Shown here piece by piece: positions 53,900-64,000 of a DNA stretch of 64,000 bases. The stretch's first letter is position 1. Every line of letters starts with the position of its first letter. Made by a program: the position numbers and the translations under genes. A model generated the notes under the pieces. The model did not search any database. It was not told the origin of the DNA and saw only the letters and a program-made list of their open reading frames with translations. The stretch comes from Octopus sinensis (lineage: Eukaryota), in contig NW_021833452.1 in assembly GCF_006345805.1 (NCBI RefSeq), positions 24,270-88,269 on the forward strand, written 5' to 3'.

Positions 53900-54566
53900 A
53901 CAGTACTATTACACTATTCCATATCCTATCCCTTTTCTCGTTCAGTTTCCATCTTTAGGCCCAATCGATTGTTTATGGTAATAATCTATTGCTAAAAAGA
54001 GATCTTACAAACTATTAATTTGATTAGTGGATGAATAAGATATTTTGATTGTACGCCTATTTGTCTAATATATTTACTCACTTGTTAAAAAAATCCAGGG
54101 ACATATCTTATTCACCCACTAATCAAATTAATGGTTTGTAAGATCTCTTTTTAGCAATAAATTATTACCATAAACAACGGATTGGGCCTAAAGACGGCAA
54201 CTGAACGCGAAAAGGGATAGGACATGGAACAGTGTAATGGTAAATAGGTATAACTCCCGATTTCCCGCTATTACCAGTAAATTCATTTATTTTACTCAGA
54301 TGTACATTCGTTTGATAAAATGATATAGGGGCATTACTTATTCACCCACAAATACCATTAATAGGTTCTAGTACCTATTTTAGCAATAAATTATTACAAT
54401 AAAGGTTAACAAAATATTTAATAGCTTAATTATGCCTAACCGATTCTAAAATTTATATATTGACATAAGACTGGAGACAGGAATGAGAGTGGAACTAAAA
54501 TGGGAACGGGAAAGGGAACTGGAAATAAACCCTGTTTTTCCCGGTAGTACTGGGTAATTCAGCTAG
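53900..54566. mobile_element. Helitron-like 3' end with repeated units, including an inverted repeat of about 140 bp
   Basis: 53900-54043 is inverted relative to 54103-54242; ends ccggtagtactggg...CTAGt. Confidence 0.6.
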
Positions 54567-54581
54567 TATATATACATATTA

Positions 54582-55000
54582 GGGCGGTGAGCTGGCAGAA
54601 TCATTAGCATGCCAGGCGAAATGCTTAGCGGTATTTCGTTTGCTGCTACGTTCTGAGTTCAAATTCCGCTGAGGTCGACTTTGCCTTTCATCCTTTCGGG
54701 GTCGATAAATTAAGTACCAGTCACACATTGAGGTTGATATAATCGACTTAATCCGTTTGTCTGTCCTTGTTTGTCCTCTCTATGTTTAGCCCCTTGTGGG
54801 TAGTAAAGAAATAGAAATAGGTATTTCGTCTGCCGTTACGTTCTGAGTTCAAATTCCGCTGATGTCGATTTTGCCTTTCATCCTTTCGGGGTCGATTAGA
54901 TAAGTATCAGTTACATAATGGGGTCAATGTAATCGACTTAATCCCTTTGTACATCCTTATTTGTCCTCTCTATGTTTAGCCCCCTATGTGCAATGAAGAA
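54582..55000 (+). mobile_element. SINE family B dimer
   Basis: Two tandem cores. Confidence 0.9.
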
Positions 55001-55004
55001 GTAA

Positions 55005-55039
<35 letters not shown>

Positions 55040-55059
55040 CAAACAATTTTAAATCTTAC

Positions 55060-55269
55060 CTCATCTAAAATATCCATCGTTATGCCCTCGGAATCAAACA
55101 TATCATTTTTAACAGCAAGGTGCAAACAACTGTTACCTTCACCATCAACAACATTTATGCTTGCTCCTCGGTCTATTAATTTGTGCATCATTCCGAGGTG
55201 ACCTTGGGAGACGGTTTCAAGCAAAGGAGTCATTTCCTTATGGTTCTTCTTATCCAGTTTTACCGCATC
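55060..55269 (-). CDS. Coding exon 6, ankyrin repeats (DAVKLDKKNHKEMTPLLETVSQGHLGMMHKLIDRGASINVVDGEGNSCLHLAVKNDMFDSEGITMDILDE)
   Basis: aag acceptor, GTAAGA donor, 210 nt, phase 0->0. Confidence 0.9.
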
Positions 55270-55594
55270 CTTTGTGGAGGTAAAAATAGAAAATGAAAAC
55301 TTACATGAAAATTCGGATGGATATCAATGTGTCATAAGTGTCTTATACTGAGTTCTTGATCAAACCGATCAGATACATTTCATGTTTGTCAGAGAAACTA
55401 AACTTCTATTACGACCCTGTATAAGTTGCTTTGTGTTAGAGGCATGGTAAATCTTTTCAGATGTAATAAATGGATTGTTTCCACTTAATCTACATTTATC
55501 CCTCACTAAAAGTAAGCTTTAGGGGAGTTGAACAAGAGTGAATGCATGATTAACAGATCAAGTCTAGGAAAGAAGAATTATAATTTCTAAGGTA

Positions 55595-55846
55595 TACTTT
55601 TGATATCGTGAGGTATACTTGCCATCTCAATATGGTACACTTTCTGTGCTCTTATGGTATGTAAATACCATAAGAGCACAGAAAGTGTGCCTAAAGCCAG
55701 CTGGAGACGATGTTCTCCTGGGGCTACAAGCTACAGTAACACCCACCATTAGTGGTTAGCTATATTGAGATAGCAAGTATACCTCACATTGTCGTGCAGT
55801 TACTGTTTATACCTCGTTCAGAGATTTATTATTACTTTTGATATCG
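55595..55846. mobile_element. Small insertion with nested hairpins and a 14-bp direct repeat
   Basis: tacttttgatatcg at 55595-55608 and 55833-55846; outer inverted repeat 55608-55633/55762-55787; perfect 24-bp stem 55637-55688. Confidence 0.75.
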
Positions 55847-56084
55847 CTATATAAATAAGGTGTTCATAAAACTGCTGAGGCGGTTAGTGTCCACATCCAC
55901 AAAATTAATTATAGTCTCACATACACACACACGCACACACACATATATACAGAACATTCTATAATTATAAGTATAATTAAAATTAGGGTTGTTCGGAAGT
56001 GCTGGCGTTTGGATATTGGTTATTCTATGTCGCTTGGTCGAATACGTATTTAATTATTAATAGTTCCAAATTTTTAATTGAAAT

Positions 56085-56157
56085 ACTACACTGAAGAAGG
56101 AAATAAGTGAGTAAATATAAATTTTACATCTCTTTAATCCTGAAACGCGTATGTGGT
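56085..56157 (+). ncRNA. Type I minimal hammerhead ribozyme motif (Penelope-associated)
   Basis: ACTACA-CTGAAGA-AGGA...TCCT-GAAA-CGCGTA-TGTGGT: intact core, stem II AGGA/TCCT, short palindromic stem III, GUA cleavage triplet, stem I ACTACA/TGTGGT. Confidence 0.72.
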
Positions 56158-56666
56158 TAATCAATGTCGGTTAGATTCGATATGTTTTCTCTTGACCTCC
56201 GTAAAATAAGAATATTGTTCTCTGGGAGTCATCTTATGGTAAACGAATAGTATTTAGCTGCTATTTCGAAATTTCGGTATGTGGTGAAGCAATTTGCTGA
56301 ACCCTAATTATAATAATGCTTATAATTATAATAATAATATTATTATTAAGGAGTATAACTCCAAATTTACAGGGAAAAATTCAATTTAGTATTAAATCAA
56401 ATTTCACAATATATATATAATATATATATAAATTAGAGAAAATCCACTATTATGCAATTCCAACAATGATAGACATAAACCAAATCATAAATAAAAAATT
56501 AAATATATTTTAAAACATATAACTAAATCACAAAAAGTACAAAAATGAATAAACAATATATAGTAAGTAAAAAGACTGCGTAGTTTCATGGCTATAATTT
56601 AAATTCGAATTACAATTAAATTTAAATTTAATCGAAAAACAATGTAATTTATATTTGTTAACTAAC

Positions 56667-56703
56667 CTGGGACAGCATCAAAGTCACCACATCATGGTGT
56701 CGC
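56667..56703 (-). CDS. Coding exon 5, 37-nt exon (RHHDVVTLMLSQ)
   Basis: ttttcag acceptor, GTTAGT donor, phase 2->0. Completes the ankyrin helix and bridges the phases of exons 4 and 6. Confidence 0.88.
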
Positions 56704-57609
56704 CTGAAAATTATGGAAAGAGTAAAGAAAAACATGAAAAATACAAACATCACAGAGATTGAGATAATTAGTAATTATTAGGTCATTAAAGAAAATAAAA
56801 AGAATTGAGTCACCATAACCTAATTAAAGCAGTTCTTACACGCACATATTTGTCAATACACACGAGTCACAGTAGAACAATAATATATATACACCTGAGT
56901 AAACACAGAAATATATATATGGTACAGTGAGCAGCTGTATAAACACGGAATTTAGGAGGGAAAGAAGGGCTATAGTTCATTATATGGACCCCAGTACCTG
57001 ACTGTTAATGTATTTTATTAACCTTGCAGAGATGGAGGGATAAGTTGAGGTCAGCAGGATTTGACCCCAGAACATAAATGTCGTAAATAAATACCACAAA
57101 GTATTTTGTCCAACAGTAATAAAATACAAGAACCGGAGAAAAGAGGGAGGATAGTTTATTAAATGAACCCCTGGATATTACTGGTACAGATTATATTGAC
57201 CCCAGAGTGGTAATAGATACTGCGGCAGGATTTGAACATGGAACATAAAGTGACAGATATAAATATTGTAAGAGGATTATTCTGTATTTAGCCCATGGTC
57301 GGAGGAAAGAGGGAAATTACTAGAGAAAGAGAGGGAAAAAGAAAGAGAATGCAGTTGTACATGGGATGAAAGGAAGAGGGAGGATTTGAACTTGTAACCT
57401 TGAGCTAATGGATGATGAGATAAAGAGAAGAAACTAGTGAAGTAACAACAACAACAGCAATTATGGTGATGATTAATTAATGAAATAGATTAGTTATATT
57501 ACAGTGTGAAAGAGGGTAGAAGAACAACAAACCCAGGGTGGGATTATGACATGAATGACTCAATGAAATAGAAACAGATTTGGATGTTCCAGATCTAAGG
57601 TGGACTTAC

Positions 57610-57767
57610 TTTCGAACTGCCAGATGCAGAGGTGTGTCACCATCTTTGTCCATTGCATTGGCATCGATGCCGTCGTGATTCAATAAGAGGCGAACTGTGT
57701 CTGTGTGTCCCTGGAAACAGGCAAAGTGAAGAGGTGTAGCACCAAAGGAGTTATCTCGTTGATTCAC
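57610..57767 (-). CDS. Coding exon 4, ankyrin repeats (VNQRDNSFGATPLHFACFQGHTDTVRLLLNHDGIDANAMDKDGDTPLHLAVR)
   Basis: Polypyrimidine tract + cag, GTAAGT donor, 158 nt, phase 0->2; two TPLH motifs. Confidence 0.93.
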
Positions 57768-58694
57768 CTGGAAAAGAAAAGAATGAAAACATTAAAAATG
57801 GCGCCTGAAGGGTGGGTGAGGGGAGAATCATTAAAAGAAAAACTGCACAGAGAAAGAGAAGAAAAACATCAAATTATTTAAACAAGTGGAATGACTGGGG
57901 TGGGGTTAATTAAATCAGCTTTATATTGTATTTATACACACGTGTATACACCCACATACACACACACACACACCACACACCATATATATGTGTTATAGTT
58001 TAAAACAAACAGTAAAAGGTTGTCATTATAGTACTCGGAGTTTTGAATGATGGAGCGAAGAGCTACGATACATTCTCATCAGCTATTAATGGCAACAGAT
58101 GCGATGAAAAAGAAAACCGTTAAATAAAAGAGAAGTAACTCTAATAAGTGGAAAAAATTAAAACGAAAAAAGATTTAAAAAATACACGCAACCATATTCT
58201 CACAATACATAGACATAAACCTCCTGCGTTCACAATGTCTACATACGTACACATTCACACAAACGTAACCTCAAATCAGATGGGTTTGTTCGATTTTTAG
58301 TGCTCTCAAGTTTAATTTAATGAAATCTTGTGCTGATGACAGGAATGTTAGAATAGGGATGTATTTCTAGCATCTCTATATCTAACTAACCCACAAACGC
58401 GTTCACAAGTAATCTAATTTCGAATGAACTCTCGTTATTTTTCCCTCTATGTCTACGTGAATTGCTTTTGAGTATACATTGTCTGGAAGCCCCTTCTTAT
58501 AGTAGAGGAAATAGCTAAATTCTTTGGCTGCTATTTCTAAAAGTTCGGTATGTGGTAAATCAATTTTTTTTTTTGCTGAACCCTAATTATATAAAGTAAT
58601 ATTTAGATTTACCGTAATTGGTTATTTTACATACTGAACAATGCTTGGTAAAATTATTAATTACTAATTAATTAATTTTACCCTTATTATTATT

Positions 58695-58736
<42 letters not shown>

Positions 58737-58980
58737 TAAGTAGGTGAATGAATTATACTATGTTTATCGTCATCATGGAAAATTCATTGAACCGAAACCT
58801 GGGAAGCAAATTCACGTTAGAAACATGGTTGAAGCGACCTGTCCAAGGGTAGAAACTCCGGGTTCATGTAGAGAAATTTGTGTGCTGTATATGAATAAAT
58901 GAAAGAATGGAGTCGAACGAAGATGTTAATAAAATTCCTTTACTCTCGACATATTCATTTTTTCATATATATTTCACTTA

Positions 58981-59019
<39 letters not shown>

Positions 59020-59289
59020 TCATATATGTGCCCCGAAGATCAGGAGAAGGAGTTTAGTAAAAATTCTCCAGAGTTCACTTAGTTTCCTCATTATTTTTCA
59101 GAAACATTTTTATGAAAATTTCTAGAATACCCTTTTGGAGTAAAGTATGATTATTTCGGAATTTAACATGAATAAAAAGCAAACAAAACAACACGAATGA
59201 AGCACAAACATACACACATCAAAATTTACATTATATATACATGCACACACTTTATGGATATAGAGGTACACACACACACACACCCACAC

Positions 59290-59336
<47 letters not shown>

Positions 59337-59342
59337 ACTCAC

Positions 59343-59505
59343 CTCAATTGCGGTCTCCCCCTTTGTTTGTAGTAACGCTGCGACCACATCTTTCCATTCG
59401 TGCCCCCTCCCCGCAGCCAAATGGAGAAGAGTGAATCCATTGGTGTCCTTCCTCTCCACATCGCTGCCCCGGGATAATAATATTGTCACAGCTTGAAGTT
59501 GATGC
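59343..59505 (-). CDS. Coding exon 3, ankyrin repeats (HQLQAVTILLSRGSDVERKDTNGFTLLHLAAGRGHEWKDVVAALLQTKGETAIE)
   Basis: ctcag acceptor, GTGAGT donor, 163 nt, phase 2->0. Confidence 0.92.
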
Positions 59506-60233
59506 CTGAGAATAAAAGACAGAAACATCACAGACGTTGATATAACATTTACACTGAATTGCTTATTTTGAACAGACAAAAATTAAGCTTTCAAAAATAT
59601 ATATATAGATGCACATACAGTCTTTGTGAGTATGAATCTCTCTCTTCTCTCTCTCTCACACTCTTTCTCTCTCTCTCTCTCTACATACATAAATACACCA
59701 CACACATACATACATGCATTGATACACACACACATGGACAAACACACACCACTATCATACAATAAAAACACCGAGATGTGTATACTGATACGTTTATATG
59801 CAATATCCAGTAAACAAATAGGTATGTGAATGTGTGTAGATATATTAATATGTGAATGTATAATGTATGTTTCTATATTTACTTCTAGACGTGTATACAA
59901 TTGGAAATAAACAGATTGTCGTAAGAATCTATAAACTTACTGTGTGTATATTGTGTTAATACATTGAAAATAATTGTTTCATTTTTTAAAATTTCGGTTT
60001 TATTTGGTTTCATGTCAACCGAATTCTATATATATCAGAATATATACAAGCAATGCATCCTGGAAAATATATTTGGGAAGGCTGGCGTGTGTGAGAGAGT
60101 GAGAGACAGATCAAAGACAGATCGAAGACAGATTTGTCATCGATGTAGACAAAAGCAGCGGCAATAAAAGCTGCAATTCCTTATCAGCGGTAGGAAAACT
60201 ACACCTGGAAACATAGCAACGAATATAATACAC

Positions 60234-60281
<48 letters not shown>

Positions 60282-60384
60282 ACACACGGAGTTCAACATA
60301 TATCTATTATATGTGCATACATAGAAACAGAGGTAAAGATACATGCATATATGTATACGTACATATATATATATATATATATAT

Positions 60385-60682
60385 GCAATGGCCCAGTGGT
60401 TCGGGCAATGGACTCACTGTCATAGGATTGCGGTTTTGATTCTCAGACCGGGCGTTGTGAGTGTTTATTGAGCGAAAACACATAAAGCTCCACGAGGCTC
60501 CGGCAGGGGGTGGTGGTGATCCCTGCTGTACTCTTTCGCTACAAATTTCTCTCACTCTTCCTTATGTTGGCCAGCTCGCTTAGCCAGCAGGGTGGCGTCA
60601 TTTGAAGGCTAAAACAATGTGAAGCGCAGTGTGATAAGCGATGTGGAACAACGTCTGATAGCCTGGTCGGTCACGTGATCAT

Positions 60683-60690
<8 letters not shown>
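60385..60690 (+). mobile_element. SINE family C
   Basis: Homologous to 11805-12118. Confidence 0.85.
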
Positions 60691-60716
<26 letters not shown>

Positions 60717-60719
60717 CGC

Positions 60720-61500
60720 TTGTAAAAAGCGTAAATCGGAAAGAAGAAGCACACTCTAAAATATTGAGCAATACATATTCAAAATGGGGAAGGCTGGTTT
60801 ATGGGATTACCTAAGGTTTCACATCCATTAAGGGTTTAGCTTTATGTCGTATTATCAGATCCGAAAACATGTTGGCTCAAGGCTTCTTAATACTATGGAG
60901 GAAGAAATGTCTCACAATGGGGATTATCTCCTTTGGCCATTGGCTATCGACTTCCAGCTGCACTGCCATCTTTTGGGCTCCAAAAGGCTAGCAAGAATTT
61001 CCTGAAGTGTAAACATGGCCCGAGAAGCTCTGTACTGGAGTTAAGGATGTACCCTGGTTTGAGGGAGTCCTTTAGGATTTTCTCCCATTCTGCTATGCAT
61101 AATTTACATCGTTGTGTGCCGTTGATGTAAGGGCCTGGGTTTTCGAGAATTTTCCATGAAATCAAGTATGGAATATCATTGTATCTCAGCTGCCATACTT
61201 GGCTGGCTAATGATGTCGCGTATCTCCTTCTCTGAAGAAAGTTCTTGGTTGGAGAGATATCGCTTGAAAGGGGTTCCCGGAACGTCCGATGTTTCCCCGT
61301 GGGCAGGTTCTGTCGGCGATGTGTCTATATCTGCCGTCATCGTTGGTGTTGGGGCTGGGTTGCTGGTTTTGGCGTTGTCGGAGGTGGTGATTGTGGTGGC
61401 GGCAGTAATGGTGTCGCCACTGTCGAGGATGGTGAAGATGCTGTTGTTGTTATTGTAGCCCTTATCATTGGTGGGAGAGAAGTCATTAACGATGGCTACG
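60720..61500 (-). mobile_element. Penelope-like element 3' fragment (GIY-YIG endonuclease C-terminus)
   Basis: WKIL...PY.....RCKLC..E..I.......LNS..EL...C.H..K pattern. Confidence 0.75.
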
Positions 61501-62402
61501 CTGCTGCTGCTTACATATACACACACACACATAGATACACACATACATACACACATACATACCAACATATATACATGCATACATACACACACATACATAA
61601 ATACATACACACGCACACACATGCATACATACATATACACTCATGCATACATACATACACACATGCATACATGCATACACATGCATACATACACACACAA
61701 ATGTATGCGTACACATACACACATGCATACATACACGCATGCGTAAATACACGCATGCATACATACATACACACACATACACGCATGCATACATACACGC
61801 ATGCGTAAATACACGCATGCATACATACATACACACACATACACACATGCTTATATACATACACACACATGCATACATACATACACACACATACACACAT
61901 GCATACATACATACACACACATACACACATGCATACATACACACACATGTATACATGCACAAGTGAGATAAAATCATTGAGAGAAAGTTTACAGATTCTT
62001 GCTGCCATAACAAGCAACAAAATCTTTCGTCCTGTCTTAGAGCTGAAACAGAATCTTCTTTGGAGGAAATTTGTTTCATCCCTCCATAATCAATACTAAC
62101 AGAGGATGCTGCATCACACTGGGTCAATCTTAAGAATGTTTGCCTTTCAAAGATTATCTCCAAATCAAAAAATATTTTGTTTTGACAGCAAATCTCAGAA
62201 AACGTTTTTATGCTTCAATAATGCATAACGAATTGGATACATGGATAAAAATAAGAAGTTGTTGTTGGTTACTGTTGTCATGTTGTCATCCTGTTGTTCC
62301 ACTGCTACTACTATGGCATCTTTGGATATTTAACCTGTCTGAAATTGGAAGAAATCGAGAAACAAAAACAGATCTGGAGATTTTAGGTAATTCTGAACTT
62401 AC

Positions 62403-62554
62403 CCAAACACAGCATGATAAAAAGCTGTCCGACCCCTTGTGTCTCTCTTGTCCAAATCTGCTCCAGCATCTATTAACAAGTTTATTAAAACTATGTTGCC
62501 CTCTGCAGAAGCAGCCATCAGATAAGTTTTACCGTTTGAATCTCTTAGGTTAAT
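62403..62554 (-). CDS. Coding exon 2, ankyrin repeats (INLRDSNGKTYLMAASAEGNIVLINLLIDAGADLDKRDTRGRTAFYHAVFG)
   Basis: ttcag acceptor, GTAAGT donor, 152 nt, phase 0->2; ankyrin consensus. Confidence 0.92.
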
Positions 62555-63352
62555 CTGAAGTGAAGAAAGTAAAGGCTTTTGAAATATATCAAAGGAGAGA
62601 GAGAGGGAGGGGGAGCGAGAGAGAGATAGAGAGGAGAGAGAGCGAGAGAGAGAGAGAGGGGACAGAGAGAGTGAGAGAGAGAGGGAAGAGAGAGTCCTTG
62701 TAAAATTTTCCATTCCACAGCCTATTCCCATGGGTTGTACTACCCTCTTTGGGAAGCCCTGATCTATATTCTTCCTCACAGTATCCCATCTGCTGACTAT
62801 TAATTTTTCAGATTTCAAGTAAAAAGTCATAAACAACCATCATCTTTGTTCCTTAAAAGTGAAAACAGAGGGAGAATAACTTTCTCTGTATATTCAATTG
62901 ACACCAGTACAGTTGTATAAAGCTAGATCAAGCTGGGGTTTGATTCCTACGTGACTCACCAGTATTTTCAAATGTTTGACAACTTCTGTAAAAGAAATCG
63001 TGTCGGCCCTATCACCAAGAAACCCTTGTTTGTGGCAAGAGAACTTCTTGACACCGTAATCACTCATCTAATGACCCGATCTACCTCTTGGACTGAGTAT
63101 TTCCTGCCAGAATACTCCCTTGCAGTGTGTGATGATGGGCTTCTCTCTCCCTCACATTCCATCAACTCTGGCATGCTTCAAGGTTTGGTTCAGGATTTAT
63201 AAAAACTACCAACGATGCAAAATAGTAGAAAGACGTGAAGAAAGATATGAAATATGGACAAATACATGTGGTTCGTTAGGAAGATTTCAAATTGTGTATC
63301 AAATAATAAACAAATAACCAACTTTGAGAAGGCAATACAATGAACAACTTAC

Positions 63353-63436
63353 TCTGTCTGAACGGCTTTCTATCATGCTTTTCGCACCTTCGATGTCCCC
63401 AGATTCAATTTTCTCCTTGATTTTTTTAATGTCCAT
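63353..63436 (-). CDS. ANK-RING-death-domain gene, coding exon 1 (MDIKKIKEKIESGDIEGAKSMIESRSDR)
   Basis: Acceptor-like ...aaag AC ATG; 84 nt, phase 0; donor GTAAGT at 63352. Resembles the first ankyrin cap of Mind bomb, and a homologous exon lies at 4304-4381. Confidence 0.8.
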
Positions 63437-64000
63437 GTCTTTTGAATAAAAAATGCAAACGAAAGAAAGTAAAAGTTTTTAAAAACTTATAAAATGAAGT
63501 AAATAACAATATACTCGAGTTGATGGTTCTAAAATCTTGCATAAGACAACATAAATATTGGAAAGGTCAGGCTAACTAAAGTATTATTTAGAGCTGAATG
63601 TTCTTCTTGACACTAATAAACCTAACAACAGTCATTGTGTTGTGTCTCTAGGTTAGCTACATTCCTCTGCTTATTACAGTCCGAGTGGTTACAATTAAAC
63701 CCTGAATATTGGAATGTACAGTCCGGTGATCAGCTGAGGGGACAGACTTCACATAAACTAGAAATTGACGCTACGAAGAAAGGTAAATTTCGGAAAAATA
63801 ATTAAATTATCCACAGAAAATAATGTTTGTCTAATAAATCCTCTTGTATGAATTTTTGATTTGATCTCATCTATTTCAATACTATTTCGATTGACACTAT
63901 CAACATGTGACTTTAGAAATCTTATTTTATGACTATTTGTTAATTTGATAATTACTCAACAAATTTCCCTCATATTTATATATGATTGGACAAATGAAAG

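Noticed and set aside
40786-63436. Calling the gene MIB1/MIB2, ankyrin (ANK1-3) or DAPK
   Set aside because: No MZM/REP, ZU5/UPA or kinase/ROC exons were seen; the architecture matches none of them, so no symbol is assigned.

Overview
Eukaryotic, AT-rich and repeat-saturated DNA. The (TA)n/(CA)n microsatellites and tRNA-derived SINE families resemble coleoid cephalopod (Octopus-type) sequence; the taxon is an inference. Almost all ORFs in the six-frame track are microsatellite or transposon artefacts. Reading the minus strand by hand gives one complete 13-exon coding sequence (63436->40786, 1551 nt, 516 aa, all introns GT-AG and phase-consistent). It encodes a Mind-bomb-like ankyrin array, a single RING finger with a Cys->Ser ligand change, three duplicated 51-nt microexons carrying K-x-V-[Q/R]-T motifs, and a C-terminal death domain. 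The gene belongs to a tandem family: the first coding exon of a paralog lies at 4304-4381, and a transposon-disrupted relic of a third copy lies at about 34900-37830. The rest is mobile-element debris: HERO/R2-type, RTE and CR1/L2 LINEs, Penelope-like elements (including a well-formed type I hammerhead ribozyme), Gypsy, mariner, Helitrons, foldback/MITE palindromes, SINE multimers and local duplications.
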